Positions 45,491 through 55,979 of a stretch of DNA of 64,000 nucleotides are shown here, piece after piece (the stretch's first letter is position 1; each line of letters opens with the position of its first letter). Source of the stretch: an uncultured Candidatus Saccharibacteria bacterium (GTDB lineage Bacteria; Patescibacteriota; Minisyncoccia; Phycocordibacterales; SIBU01). Location of the stretch: NCBI GenBank assembly GCA_964355335.1, contig CAYHDB010000001.1, positions 23,387 through 87,386 of the forward strand, read 5' to 3'. Position numbers and translations under genes: made by a program. Under the pieces are notes generated by a model, which saw only the letters and a list, made by a program, of their open reading frames with translations, made no database searches and had not been told where the DNA came from.

Positions 45491-47446
45491 ATGAAATCCG
45501 ACGATCTCCCAAATTTGAAGAAATTAGATGATTCCGATGACCCGATGAACTCTCTCGAGGAGCGTCTCTATTCTCGCGAGAATAATTTTTCTGCTGTTAC
45601 TTCAAGCCAGTCACGTCTTAAGAAGCACGACCTAGGTGTTCGAAAGGATTGGGGCAACGAAGCCCCCGGTTTTAAAAAAGTTTTTCAGGATAATACACCA
45701 CATATGCCATTTCTTAAAAAATTATTTATTTTTTCGGTAATTTTTTTCCTTATTTCTGTATCTGTTGCAGGTTACGTTTTTTTTGCCGGTGGTAATGTTA
45801 TATCTTCAAGCAATGTGGACATAAGCATCACTGGACCTGTATCCGTTGCCGGGGGAGAGATTCTTCCGCTTGAAATAAAAGTGACCAACCAAAACAATGC
45901 TGACCTTGAAGCTGCAGACTTGGTAATCGATTATCCCGAGGGCACGAGGCAGGCTGAGGATATGACCGTGACATTGAAGCGTTACCGAGAAGATTTGGGC
46001 ACAATCATCAAGGGGGGGAGTGTCACGAAGAAAGTTCAAGCCGTTCTATTCGGCCAAGAAGGAGACGTGAAGGATTTGAATATTTCGGTTGAATACCGCG
46101 TGAAAGGTTCGAACGCCATCTTGCCCAAGAAAAAAGTATACAGTGTCGCGTTGAGTTCTTCCCCTGTGACTATGACAGTTACTTCCGTTAAGGAGCTGAA
46201 CGCCAATCAAGAGGCCGAGTTCACGGTGACAGTTGTCTCCAATGCAAGTGCGGTTATTCAGAAGCTCTCATTGGCAGCTGATTATCCGTTCGGGTTTACT
46301 TTTTCAGGTTCAGATCCGAAGCCGTCGTGGAGTAATAGTTATTGGAGGCTAGGTGATTTGAAACCCGGAGTAAAACGTGTAGTGAAAGTGAGAGGTTCGA
46401 TAGCCGGACAAGACAATGAAGACCGTGTGTTTAAGTTCTCGGTTGGAACGGAAAGCGCTACAAACGACAGCGCGATAGGAACAAATTTTCTTACCGCGAC
46501 TCAGACAGTTGCCATAAAGAAGCCGTTTATCGGTACTACTTTTGCCCTAGATGGAGATACGGATGAAATCTACGCGGTACGTGCAGGAAGAACTCTTCGG
46601 GCCGATTTGGGACTTACAAACAACATTGGCGCGAAGATGACGGATATTAAAGTTGCCGTAAAAATTACTGGAAGTATTTTTGACCAGTCATCGGTTTCTC
46701 TTTCAAACGGTTTTTACAGATCATTTGATAAAACAATCATTTGGGACCAGACATTGAAGTCGCAGTTGGCTGTGCTTAATCCGGATGACCAGATTGCACT
46801 AAGTTTTTCGCTTGGTATTTTGCCTGAATCCGAGCTCAGATCCATAAATAGTCCGGAGATGACTTTGGTCGCTACTATTACAGGGAAGCGGTTGAGTGAG
46901 GCCGGACTTTCTCAGGAGGTTTCATCCAGTGTCGTCAGAAAAGTTCGGGTGCCTTCAAGTATCGGTATTTCTACACGTTCGCTGTATTATTCCGGACCTT
47001 TTGTAAATACAGGGCCGATCCCGCCAAAGGCCGACAACGATACGAGCTATACGATTGTCTGGTCACTGACGAACGGGTCTACCGATTTGTCCAATGTCAA
47101 AGTCACCGCCACCTTGCCATCGTATGTAAAGTGGCTGGCCGTCTCAGCGCCAAATTCCGAAAAGATATTGTACAATCCTGTTGGAGGGCAGGTGGTGTGG
47201 GACGTAGGAGATTTGTCAGCCGGAACGGGTTTTTCAAGTTCACCAAGAGAAGTCAGTTTCCAAGTTTCTCTCACTCCGAGTATCAATCAGGTGAAGACCG
47301 CTCCGATTTTGATAACGGAGGCCACAGCTAAAGGCGAGGACAACTTTGCTGACCAGACTGTGACGACAATATCAAGGGAGGCACTTACGACAGAGCTGGG
47401 TACGGATATAAGTTGGAAAATCGGACAGGGGAGTGTGGTGAGGTAA
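45491..47446 (+). CDS. large hypothetical membrane-anchored protein with repeated beta-sandwich-like segments
   Basis: A 651-aa product with a TM at about residue 75 (LFIFSVIFFLISVSVAGYVFF), then a Ser/Thr/Val-rich extracellular region. Confidence 0.45.
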   Translation: MKSDDLPNLKKLDDSDDPMNSLEERLYSRENNFSAVTSSQSRLKKHDLGVRKDWGNEAPGFKKVFQDNTPHMPFLKKLFIFSVIFFLISVSVAGYVFFAGGNVISSSNVDISITGPVSVAGGEILPLEIKVTNQNNADLEAADLVIDYPEGTRQAEDMTVTLKRYREDLGTIIKGGSVTKKVQAVLFGQEGDVKDLNISVEYRVKGSNAILPKKKVYSVALSSSPVTMTVTSVKELNANQEAEFTVTVVSNASAVIQKLSLAADYPFGFTFSGSDPKPSWSNSYWRLGDLKPGVKRVVKVRGSIAGQDNEDRVFKFSVGTESATNDSAIGTNFLTATQTVAIKKPFIGTTFALDGDTDEIYAVRAGRTLRADLGLTNNIGAKMTDIKVAVKITGSIFDQSSVSLSNGFYRSFDKTIIWDQTLKSQLAVLNPDDQIALSFSLGILPESELRSINSPEMTLVATITGKRLSEAGLSQEVSSSVVRKVRVPSSIGISTRSLYYSGPFVNTGPIPPKADNDTSYTIVWSLTNGSTDLSNVKVTATLPSYVKWLAVSAPNSEKILYNPVGGQVVWDVGDLSAGTGFSSSPREVSFQVSLTPSINQVKTAPILITEATAKGEDNFADQTVTTISREALTTELGTDISWKIGQGSVVR

Positions 47447-47548
47447 CTGAATTACAGATTACTTATAACTAAATGACTGAATTACAGACCCCTTTTTATT
47501 TTTGTCATTCAGTGATAGGTTATTCAGTAATAAGTTGTAAGTTGAAGG
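47447..47548. repeat. Palindromic word repeat, family 2, second copy
   Basis: ctgaattacagattacttataactaaatgactgaattacag...cattcagtgataggttattcagtaataagttg. Confidence 0.8.
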
Positions 47549-47583
47549 GGCAGAGATTATAGAAATGGATAACGCTATGTGCA

Positions 47584-48987
47584 ATGAATAAATCAAAATC
47601 CGAAAGTAGCGACATTATGGAAAAGTTGGTTTCGCTCTGTAAGCGACGCGGGTTTGTCTATCAAGGTTCCGAAATTTATGGTGGACTCGCGGGTCTCTAC
47701 GATTTTGGACCGTATGGCGTTGAACTTTTAAATAATATAAAGGCTTCTTGGTGGAAAGAAAATGTACACAAGAGGGAAAATTATGTTGGACTTGATTCCG
47801 CAATGTTTAAAGACCCTCGAGTTTGGGAAGCATCGGGGCACACCAAAGGTTTTTCCGATCCACTTTCCGAGTGTAGGAAGTGCAATACCAGAATTAGAGT
47901 TGATAAAGAACTCGAAAAGATTGGCGTCGTTGCGGATGAGAAGATGACGGAAGTCGAACTCAACACTCTTTTCACAGACAACAAATCCAAAATTAAATGC
48001 ATAAAATGCGGAAGTAAAGATTTTACGCCTGTTCGAGCTTTCAACCTCCTCGTTAAATCTAATCTGGGCGATTTTACCAATGCGGGAGAAAGTCCTGTGT
48101 ATTTGCCGGGTGAAGCTTGCCAGGGAATATATTTGAATTATAAAAATATAATCGATACGACACGGGTGAAGATACCCTTCGGCGTCGCACAGATTGGCAA
48201 GGCGTTTAGAAACGAAATATCACCACGGAATTTTCTTTTTCGAGTTAGGGAATTTGAACAGGCCGATACACAGTTTTTTGTTCGACCTAACGAAAATAAA
48301 GACGCGTACGAAAATATAAAAAAAGAGCGCTGGGCTTGGTATCTCAGTTTGGGGATACGGGAACAGAATCTAAAATGGAAGCAACATGAGAATTTAGTTT
48401 TTTATGCTTCTGATGCGTGGGATATCCTCTATAATTTCCCAACATATGGCTTCGATGAAGTTGAAGGAGTTCACGATCGTACCAACTATGATTTAACTCA
48501 GCATATGAAATATTCTGGTGTAGATTTGAATTATACCGATCCTCAAACGGGGGAGAAATTTATTCCGTGGATTTTGGAAACTTCAATGGGTCTTGGAAGG
48601 GTGTTTTTGGCGGTAATGTCAGATGCTTATTTTGAAGACGAAATTGGTGGTGAGACTCGAGTTGTATTGAAACTTGCAAAGCATCTGGCTCCAGTAAAGG
48701 TGGCGGTCTTTCCGCTTCTCAAAAACAAACCTCATCTCGTAGAAAAGGCGAGGGAGGTCTACAAAATGTTGAAGAAAGAAATGACTTGTGAATTTGACGA
48801 CAACGGTAACATCGGCAAACGCTATCGCCGTCAGGATGAAATTGGCACCCCGTATTGCGTGACGGTTGATTTTGACACCGTGGAAAAAGACCAATCGGTC
48901 ACCGTCCGCGACCGCGATACGGGAAAGCAGGATCGTGTTGCTCTACAGGAGCTTGCGGAATTTCTAAAAACCAGATTAATCGCGTGA
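47584..48987 (+). CDS. glyQS: glycine--tRNA ligase (dimeric class II type)
   Basis: MEKLVSLCKRRGFVYQGSEIYGGLAGLYDFGPYG and class II motifs. The start may be the internal Met at 47617. Confidence 0.9.
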   Translation: MNKSKSESSDIMEKLVSLCKRRGFVYQGSEIYGGLAGLYDFGPYGVELLNNIKASWWKENVHKRENYVGLDSAMFKDPRVWEASGHTKGFSDPLSECRKCNTRIRVDKELEKIGVVADEKMTEVELNTLFTDNKSKIKCIKCGSKDFTPVRAFNLLVKSNLGDFTNAGESPVYLPGEACQGIYLNYKNIIDTTRVKIPFGVAQIGKAFRNEISPRNFLFRVREFEQADTQFFVRPNENKDAYENIKKERWAWYLSLGIREQNLKWKQHENLVFYASDAWDILYNFPTYGFDEVEGVHDRTNYDLTQHMKYSGVDLNYTDPQTGEKFIPWILETSMGLGRVFLAVMSDAYFEDEIGGETRVVLKLAKHLAPVKVAVFPLLKNKPHLVEKAREVYKMLKKEMTCEFDDNGNIGKRYRRQDEIGTPYCVTVDFDTVEKDQSVTVRDRDTGKQDRVALQELAEFLKTRLIA

Positions 48988-49011
48988 TGTAAGTGTCTGC
49001 TTGTCTATTCT

Positions 49012-50403
49012 ATGAAGATGCACCAATCGTTCGATGTACCTCCACTTTCCGATGAGATCGGCGACTATGAGGCTGAAGTGGCGGAGGGAATCGAAGAAAA
49101 GAAAGGCGGTGAATCTCTGCCGGATCACCGAGCCGGTGAGCCTGAAGGTCTTCCTGTTGAGGGAGAATTCAATCCTACTCTCGAACTTGAAAAAGTCCGA
49201 GCTCTTAGAGGTGTAGAGAGGCAGAATGCCTTGCGTGTCTTTAAGGAAAAACTGACAGCTCAGAAAGAGGGAATAGCACTCATGCAAGAGCGCATTATTT
49301 CCGAGATCAGAAAGGGCCCCGATCTCTCCGAAGAAGCCATCATGACTTTTGTCGAGCCGTTCAAAAAACAATATGGCTTGACTCACGAACAGGTATCGGC
49401 GACAAGAGACGTTGTGCGTGCGTTTCATGAGAAGCACGATGCCGTAAAAGAAATGCGGGAATCATATCCCGATGATGCCCATTTATTTGAGTCTCTCTTC
49501 GGTAAAGCTCCTCTTGGCAGGGTTGAAATCATTGCTGGTCCGATAACGCTTTACACCCGCTGTTATGACGAGAGAGATTATGCATATATTTACAGGCAAA
49601 AATTTTTAAAACGCGACGAGGTTACTCAAGAAGACATCCTCGATGCTGATAAAAGTGGTGGCGTGAGCCTGGGGACAGCCCGACAGCAAGAGTTGAGAGG
49701 GTGCCTTATTGCTGAGAACGTAAAAGGGGTACCAGACGAGACAACGCATATACATGAAGAGCAACACGCTGTAAAACGTCTCTTTCAAAGTGCGATACAG
49801 GACGATGTTCCGGAGGTTTCCGTGCTTGAAAGATGGTCGCGTGGCGAACCATTGTCGGGTAATGAAGACATCAAAAAGCGTCCTTTCCAAAACAAGTCAA
49901 AGGAGGTCCCGCTTCTCCCTGTCTTAGAAGCGAAAGATGATACCGAGCGGGCAAGCTCGCTTCTCCGGTGGTTGCGTTACAAAAGGGAATCAATTGAGGA
50001 AAGTGCCAGGGATGAAATTTTCGCGTATCTTAAAACTATTCCACTGAGGACATTCAAAAACCCGGTGCTCAAGGAGGAGCCCGCCAAATTTTCACGGAAC
50101 GAAGATAATGTATATAAGACCCTCACTCGATCGGAAAAGGATGGAGGTTTGTATGATTACTACGCAGATACAAAACCGGAACTCATGAAGATGCTTCTTT
50201 CCGAGTTGGGGTCGGAAAAAACAGAGTTGGTACAGAAGTCTATGGAAAAAGTATTTGTCACCGAGTATCGTACTCTTATCCGTGATGGAATAGATACCTT
50301 TTTGACTTTGCGAAGAAGGGGAAATTCAGTTGAAAAAACTATCGGCTTACTTGTGAATGAGCCTTTGCGTAAATGGCCAAAAGTTGTTGACCGACTAGGT
50401 TAA
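49012..50403 (+). CDS. hypothetical protein
   Basis: A 463-aa acidic protein with no recognised motifs. Confidence 0.4.
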   Translation: MKMHQSFDVPPLSDEIGDYEAEVAEGIEEKKGGESLPDHRAGEPEGLPVEGEFNPTLELEKVRALRGVERQNALRVFKEKLTAQKEGIALMQERIISEIRKGPDLSEEAIMTFVEPFKKQYGLTHEQVSATRDVVRAFHEKHDAVKEMRESYPDDAHLFESLFGKAPLGRVEIIAGPITLYTRCYDERDYAYIYRQKFLKRDEVTQEDILDADKSGGVSLGTARQQELRGCLIAENVKGVPDETTHIHEEQHAVKRLFQSAIQDDVPEVSVLERWSRGEPLSGNEDIKKRPFQNKSKEVPLLPVLEAKDDTERASSLLRWLRYKRESIEESARDEIFAYLKTIPLRTFKNPVLKEEPAKFSRNEDNVYKTLTRSEKDGGLYDYYADTKPELMKMLLSELGSEKTELVQKSMEKVFVTEYRTLIRDGIDTFLTLRRRGNSVEKTIGLLVNEPLRKWPKVVDRLG

Positions 50404-50684
50404 AAGTTCACAGTTTGTATGCGGAAAGGCAAAGGCGGGATAGATAAGTCTGCCTTTGTCGTAACGTCGTATAGGGATTTGACATCTTTTTTCAAAGATG
50501 TAGCATAAGCTTTATGTACAGGAGAACAACTTCAGTCGTCTCAGTCATTCTTCTAAGCTTTTCCAGAGCTGATTTTTGAGATTGTCTGACAACAATACGA
50601 TCCCAAGAATAAGCTCTGGAAACACTCCAGAGTTTCTTCTTTGCCAAATGTGCGGTGAAGAAGTATCGGTGATAAATTAGTTCG

Positions 50685-51155
50685 TTGAAAACCCCAAAGG
50701 AAGTTATGAGGAAATATTTGAGGATCTTATGGCCTGAACCCCTGAAATTCAATGTGTTCGGACCATTTCCTGTTCACTACAGAGGAGAATCCGATGGCGC
50801 TCTGATTTTACGGAAATATCGGATTGCTTGTCCCAACAGTGCTTTGCGAACGTTCGTGGTCGGAAGTGATTTCGTTTCTCAGGTGCAATGCGATTTTCAC
50901 TTGGTGGGAGAGAAGATTCCCGGCATTGGGGCCAGGAGTGTCAAATCTCTGAAACCTGTGTCTCCGAGACATCTTCTGATTTTTGCGCTCAAACACATTA
51001 AAGTTTGTCGAGAGCATTGCATCGTCATTCCCGAAGTGTTCCAGGGTTGCCCTGTGGCGCTTGTACCCCAAGGCGACACCTTTTTGCTCTGTGCTCCTCG
51101 TGTTGATGTCCTTATGCCGGCAAACCCCAAAGTACTCGTGCAGAACGGGGTATAA
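50685..51155 (+). CDS. hypothetical ORF of doubtful coding status
   Basis: Longest ORF in an otherwise unassignable 1-kb region. Overlapping antisense ORFs exist. No motifs. Confidence 0.2.
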   Translation: MKTPKEVMRKYLRILWPEPLKFNVFGPFPVHYRGESDGALILRKYRIACPNSALRTFVVGSDFVSQVQCDFHLVGEKIPGIGARSVKSLKPVSPRHLLIFALKHIKVCREHCIVIPEVFQGCPVALVPQGDTFLLCAPRVDVLMPANPKVLVQNGV

Positions 51156-51289
51156 TTTGTTCTTTCGTTCCGCGTTAGTCCGTCAATATTCAGACGGACT
51201 TTTCTTTTGCCTTTATTCTCTGTCGTTGGTATCATTCGAAGGCAACTTTATTCTCCCTTTGATAAAGGGAGCCCGCCCGTACCGAAACG

Positions 51290-51412
51290 GCACCTGCCCG
51301 ACTACATTCAGGCGGGCGTTCGGGCGGGTACCGCATTCTGACGCGGGGGAGGGATTTAAATCCTCCGTTTTATCAAACTAAAACACCTCCTTTTATAAAG
51401 GAGGAATCAGAC
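51290..51412. repeat. Modular three-hairpin element, family 4, copy C, ending in an SD sequence for the M16 peptidase gene
   Basis: gcccgactacattcaggcgggc + gggggagggatttaaatcctcc + gttttatcaaactaaaac + cacctccttttataaaggaggaa, 9 nt before the ATG at 51417. Confidence 0.7.
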
Positions 51413-51416
51413 CCTT

Positions 51417-52685
51417 ATGAAATATAATAAAAAAATTCTAAAAAATGGTGTCCGCTTCATTACCATCCCAATGCCGGATAGTCCGACGGCCACATTTATG
51501 GTGTTGGTAGAAGCAGGTTCAAAATATGAGACGAAAAATCTTTCGGGAGTTTCGCATTTTCTTGAACATATGGTTTTTAAAGGGACGAGTAAACGGCCCC
51601 GCCCAATCGATATCTCTCTTGAGCTCGATGCTTTGGGTGCCCAATACAACGCCTTCACCAGTCAGGAATACACAGGCTATTATGCGAAGGCTCATAAAGA
51701 TAAGACTTCCACTATCATAGATATTATTTCCGATATGTATTTAAATCCGAGTCTTCCAGAAGCCGAACTTGCCAAGGAGAAAGGAGTAATTATTCAGGAG
51801 ATAAATATGTATGAAGACGAGCCGATGCGTCACGTGCAAGATTTATTTATGGAACTTTTGTACGGAACTCAGCCTGCCGGATGGAATATTGCGGGCTCTA
51901 AAGAAAGTGTGACTGATCTGATGCGTGAACATGTATTTAAATACCGCGAGAGTCACTACGTGGGGGAGGCGACAGTGGTGATTGTTTCGGGAGCATTTGA
52001 TGAAGCGAAAATTGAGAAACAAGTCAATTCGCTTTTCAAATCAATGCCGGTTTCCAGAAAGCCGGTTAAGGAAGCTGTTGCTGAAAATCAGAAAGCTCCA
52101 GCTTCGGTCATTTCTTTCAAGCAGACTGATCAAGCGCATCTTGTGCTCGGTGTTCGTGCTTTCAGTACCTATGATGCCAAAGCCCCTATTTTGCGGGTAC
52201 TGAGCGCGGTATTGAGCGGGGGAATGAGCTCGAGACTTTTTGTAAAAATGCGTGATGAACTCGGGTTATGCTACTACGTTTCTGCCAGCCCCGATTTGTA
52301 TACCGACCACGGAGTCTTTCAGGTTTGTGCAGGAGTCGATACGGCAAAGGTTCCGGTTGCTATCGAGGCAATCTTAGCCGAATTGAAATCTCTGGTATCT
52401 AAGCCAGTTCCGAAAGAAGAATTGCGCAAAGCAAAGGATTTTCTCATAGGTAATCTCTATCTTGGTCTGGAATCTTCGGATGAACTTGCGCAGTTTGTCG
52501 GTTTCCAAGAGGTGTTACGCAAGCCATTGAAAAAGGCTGAGCAAGTCGTGAAGGAAATCGAGGCGGTCACGGTTGCCGATATTCAAAAACTTGCAGGTGA
52601 GCTTTTCACGTCAGACAAATTAAATCTCGCCCTAATCGGGCCGTTTAAGGATAAAAAAGAGTTTTCGGATTTGCTGAAACTTTAG
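51417..52685 (+). CDS. M16-family zinc peptidase (insulinase-like)
   Basis: GVSHFLEHMVFKGT is the inverted zinc-binding HxxEH motif. Confidence 0.85.
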   Translation: MKYNKKILKNGVRFITIPMPDSPTATFMVLVEAGSKYETKNLSGVSHFLEHMVFKGTSKRPRPIDISLELDALGAQYNAFTSQEYTGYYAKAHKDKTSTIIDIISDMYLNPSLPEAELAKEKGVIIQEINMYEDEPMRHVQDLFMELLYGTQPAGWNIAGSKESVTDLMREHVFKYRESHYVGEATVVIVSGAFDEAKIEKQVNSLFKSMPVSRKPVKEAVAENQKAPASVISFKQTDQAHLVLGVRAFSTYDAKAPILRVLSAVLSGGMSSRLFVKMRDELGLCYYVSASPDLYTDHGVFQVCAGVDTAKVPVAIEAILAELKSLVSKPVPKEELRKAKDFLIGNLYLGLESSDELAQFVGFQEVLRKPLKKAEQVVKEIEAVTVADIQKLAGELFTSDKLNLALIGPFKDKKEFSDLLKL

Positions 52686-52721
52686 CTTCACGGGACCATT
52701 TTTTGGTGCTAACATAGCGGG

Positions 52722-53843
52722 ATGGATGGTCCAAACAAAGAAATACATATTACGGTCAAGTCCGGCTCAATAATCCGAGGGATTTTTCTTGTGATTCTTT
52801 TTGTCTTTTTGTTTTATATTCGGGATTTGTTGTTGGTTGTGCTTGCGTCTGTTGTTATCGCATCATCAATGGAGCCGTTCACAAGATGGTTCGCTAAGTA
52901 TCGAATCGGTAGGTTGCCGGCAGTATTGAGTATCTATTTGGCTGTTGCCGGAATTATTTTTGGTATATTTTATTTTTTCCTGCCAGTGCTTCTAAACGAT
53001 GCGTCTAATTTTCTTTCGACAGCGCCGAGATATCTAGAGTCCATTTCCATCTGGGACCCATTGCAAAAAGATTCAGTGGCAGAGTCACAGATGGCCGTCC
53101 AAACATTGTCGGAGAATATTACTCAATCAAAGCAGGCTGTGGCTGAGTTCAAATCCAGCACCTCACTTTCAAGTATTATTTCCAATGTCAGAGTCGCAAT
53201 CTCAAGTGTGTCCCAAGGGTTTATCGAAACTCTGAGTTTGATATTCGGAGGTGTGCTTAGTTCCATTCTTATTCTCGTTCTTTCTTTTTATCTTGCCGTA
53301 CAGGAAGACGGAGTTTCCGCATTTTTACAATTTGTAACACCGGCTAAGCATGAAAAATATATTATTGGCCTGTGGAAGAGGGTACAACACAAGATTGGAC
53401 TTTGGATGCAAGGGCAGTTGATTTTGGCTGTGGTCATAGGTCTTTTTGTCTATCTTGTACTGATGATTTTCGGCCCGGCACTTCATGTGGGCAATCCGAT
53501 GTTGCTCGCCTCGCTTGCTGCCGTGCTTGAGATTATCCCTCTTTTCGGACCGATAATCGCGGCCATCCCCGCAATTTCCGCCTCATATATCGATGGGAGC
53601 ATCGGTACGGCTCTTGCTGTGGCAGGTATCTATCTCATCATTCACCAATTGGAAAATAACCTTATTTATCCGCTTGTTGTGAAAAAAATCGTCGGGATTC
53701 CTCCGATTTTGGTAATACTGGCTTTGATAGTTGGGTTTAAGCTTGCAGGTTTTTTGGGATTGCTGTTGTCGGTCCCCGTTGCAACTATGATTATGGAATA
53801 TTTCAACGACTTGCAGAAGAGTAAGGCAGGGGCAAATATATAA
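52722..53843 (+). CDS. AI-2E family transporter (PerM/UPF0118)
   Basis: Multi-TM protein with the typical AI-2E topology and C-terminal motif (GLLGLLLSVPVA). Confidence 0.75.
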   Translation: MDGPNKEIHITVKSGSIIRGIFLVILFVFLFYIRDLLLVVLASVVIASSMEPFTRWFAKYRIGRLPAVLSIYLAVAGIIFGIFYFFLPVLLNDASNFLSTAPRYLESISIWDPLQKDSVAESQMAVQTLSENITQSKQAVAEFKSSTSLSSIISNVRVAISSVSQGFIETLSLIFGGVLSSILILVLSFYLAVQEDGVSAFLQFVTPAKHEKYIIGLWKRVQHKIGLWMQGQLILAVVIGLFVYLVLMIFGPALHVGNPMLLASLAAVLEIIPLFGPIIAAIPAISASYIDGSIGTALAVAGIYLIIHQLENNLIYPLVVKKIVGIPPILVILALIVGFKLAGFLGLLLSVPVATMIMEYFNDLQKSKAGANI

Positions 53844-53844
53844 C

Positions 53845-55305
53845 ATGAAGTCATTCTATATAACTACTACAATTCCATACGTAAACGCTGACCCCCATAT
53901 CGGGTTTGCACTTGAAATTGTGCAGGCCGATATAATTGCTCGATATAAAAAGTTGACGGGTTTTGATGTGTTTTTCAACACAGGTACGGACGAACATGGA
54001 GTGAAAGTCTATCGTAAGGCCGTGGAGCAAGGTATTACACCACAGGCATATACCGACGAGTACGCGGAGAAATATAAGAAACTTTTACCCAAATTGGGAA
54101 TTTGCGAGGATGTTAATTTCATTCGCACTACCGATAAACATCATGTGCATTCGGCCCAGGAGTTCTGGAAGAAATGTTTTGATGCGGGTGATATTTACAA
54201 AAAGAATTACAAAATTAAGTATTGTGTGGGTTGCGAGCTTGAAAAAACCGATTCTGAATTGTCAGAAGGGAAGTGTGCTATACATCCAAATTTGGAACTG
54301 GAAATTATCGAGGAGGAAAATTACTTTTTCAAGCTGTCGAAGTATACAGAAAAACTTTCGAAGCTTTTTGAGTCAGGTGAGTTTGTTGTTCCCGATTTTA
54401 GGTTAAATGAAATCAGATCGCTTATAAAGGAAAAAGGTCTCGAGGATTTCAGTGTGTCGCGGTTAAAGGACAAAATGCCTTGGGGTGTTCCTGTACCAAA
54501 TGACGATAAACACGTGATGTATGTGTGGTTTGATGCGTTTGTGAACTATATTTCGGCTATTGGTTGGCCCACCGACATGGAGAAGTTTAATAAATGGTGG
54601 CCTGTGGTCCAATTTGCCGGCAAGGACCAAGTCCGTCAGCAAGCGGTGATGTGGCAAGCAATGCTTATGTCTGTCGGCATCGCGCCCTCAAAGCAGATTG
54701 TCATACATGGTTTTATCACAAGCGGAGGAGAAAAAATGTCGAAGTCCTTGGGTAATGTCGTGGACCCGATTGCGATTGTGAACGAATATGGCACTGACGC
54801 TTTGCGTTATTATTTGGCGCGACACATTCATCCTTTTGAGGACAGTGATTTTACGATGGAGAAGTTTAAGGAGGTTTACAATGCAAACTTGGCAAATGGG
54901 TTAGGTAATTTGGTGAGCAGAATACTTAAGATGTCATCAGCGAACGGAATATCCTACGGTGACATATTGAAGTGGGATATTGAATTTGAAATGGACATCA
55001 CCTCCGAAATGAAATTTAAAAGGCGTTTTGGCGATGCTTTGGAAACTTATAACATTCAAGAAGCTACGAATTGTATTTGGGAGAAAATCTCAGGGCTTGA
55101 TCTGCGTATACAACAAGAACAGCCATTCAAGCTTATTAAAGATAATCTGACGAAAGGCTCGCAGAGCATTATGTTTCTGTTAATGGAATTAAATGGAATT
55201 GTCGCATTGCTCAAGCCTTTTATGCCGGAAACTGCTGAAAAAATCAATCAATTGTTGCAGGAAAACAAAATGCCGGATGCCCCGTTGTTTCCCAGAAAAG
55301 ATTAA
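53845..55305 (+). CDS. metG: methionine--tRNA ligase (short form, no C-terminal tRNA-binding domain)
   Basis: FYITTTIPYVNADPHIGFALE (HIGH-like), KMSKSLGNVVDP (KMSKS). Length 486 aa. Confidence 0.9.
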   Translation: MKSFYITTTIPYVNADPHIGFALEIVQADIIARYKKLTGFDVFFNTGTDEHGVKVYRKAVEQGITPQAYTDEYAEKYKKLLPKLGICEDVNFIRTTDKHHVHSAQEFWKKCFDAGDIYKKNYKIKYCVGCELEKTDSELSEGKCAIHPNLELEIIEEENYFFKLSKYTEKLSKLFESGEFVVPDFRLNEIRSLIKEKGLEDFSVSRLKDKMPWGVPVPNDDKHVMYVWFDAFVNYISAIGWPTDMEKFNKWWPVVQFAGKDQVRQQAVMWQAMLMSVGIAPSKQIVIHGFITSGGEKMSKSLGNVVDPIAIVNEYGTDALRYYLARHIHPFEDSDFTMEKFKEVYNANLANGLGNLVSRILKMSSANGISYGDILKWDIEFEMDITSEMKFKRRFGDALETYNIQEATNCIWEKISGLDLRIQQEQPFKLIKDNLTKGSQSIMFLLMELNGIVALLKPFMPETAEKINQLLQENKMPDAPLFPRKD

Positions 55306-55310
55306 CAAAT

Positions 55311-55341
55311 AAAAAAACTCCCGAATCTGATTGATTTGGGA
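55311..55341 (+). terminator. Rho-independent terminator
   Basis: aaaaaactcccgaatctgattgatttgggag. Confidence 0.55.
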
Positions 55342-55349
55342 GCGGGCCT

Positions 55350-55841
55350 TTAGGAAAACACTTTGGGTACTATGGCGGGAATCTTGAAATGGCCGCCTTT
55401 TTGAGCGGTGGCTTGCATTTCCTGAACCGCCATCTGACAGTAGGAGGTCAAATGCGCACCTACCGAAACGCAGATTGCGTGATCTTCTGGAGCGGGCGCG
55501 CCGCTTCCTCCGATTGGTATGCCACGATAGTACACACCGCCTTGGAAGATGACATCCTCTTCAACAAGCAGGGCAGGTTCGCTTGTCAGGAGGTCGATCG
55601 TGTCCATTTTTGTGCGTCTGGACACAGTAGCCTTTAGCATGGCGATTTCGTCGTAGGGTTTCGGGTATTCAGTCACCGGGCCAGCGATAGGTGCATTGAA
55701 AAACACGTCACCTTCTTCGTGGGGATTCAAGACAACAAGGTGGAAGTATTTCCGGTTGTAGAGTGCCAATGTGGCCTGGATTCCAGGTGTGAGCGCATCG
55801 ACAATGAGGTGCACAATTCTTGCGTCTAGGATTCCATTCAT
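55350..55841 (-). CDS. GlcG/HbpS-like (DUF336) protein
   Basis: GGVYYRGIPIGGSGAPAPEDHAIC resembles the DUF336 GG...GAIGVSG..D motif. The start is taken at MNGILDARIV. Confidence 0.5.
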   Translation of the reverse strand: MNGILDARIVHLIVDALTPGIQATLALYNRKYFHLVVLNPHEEGDVFFNAPIAGPVTEYPKPYDEIAMLKATVSRRTKMDTIDLLTSEPALLVEEDVIFQGGVYYRGIPIGGSGAPAPEDHAICVSVGAHLTSYCQMAVQEMQATAQKGGHFKIPAIVPKVFS

Positions 55842-55979
55842 AATTTTTCTGTGATTTCCCTTGTCAGGGGTTGTTTCGTTTCGAGGTTCATTCGACAGTA
55901 CTGCCGATGATTTAATCACAAAAGAAGTTTTCGTCAAGTTATTACTGTTTCGCCTTCTGTGATACTCTGTCCGCATTAT

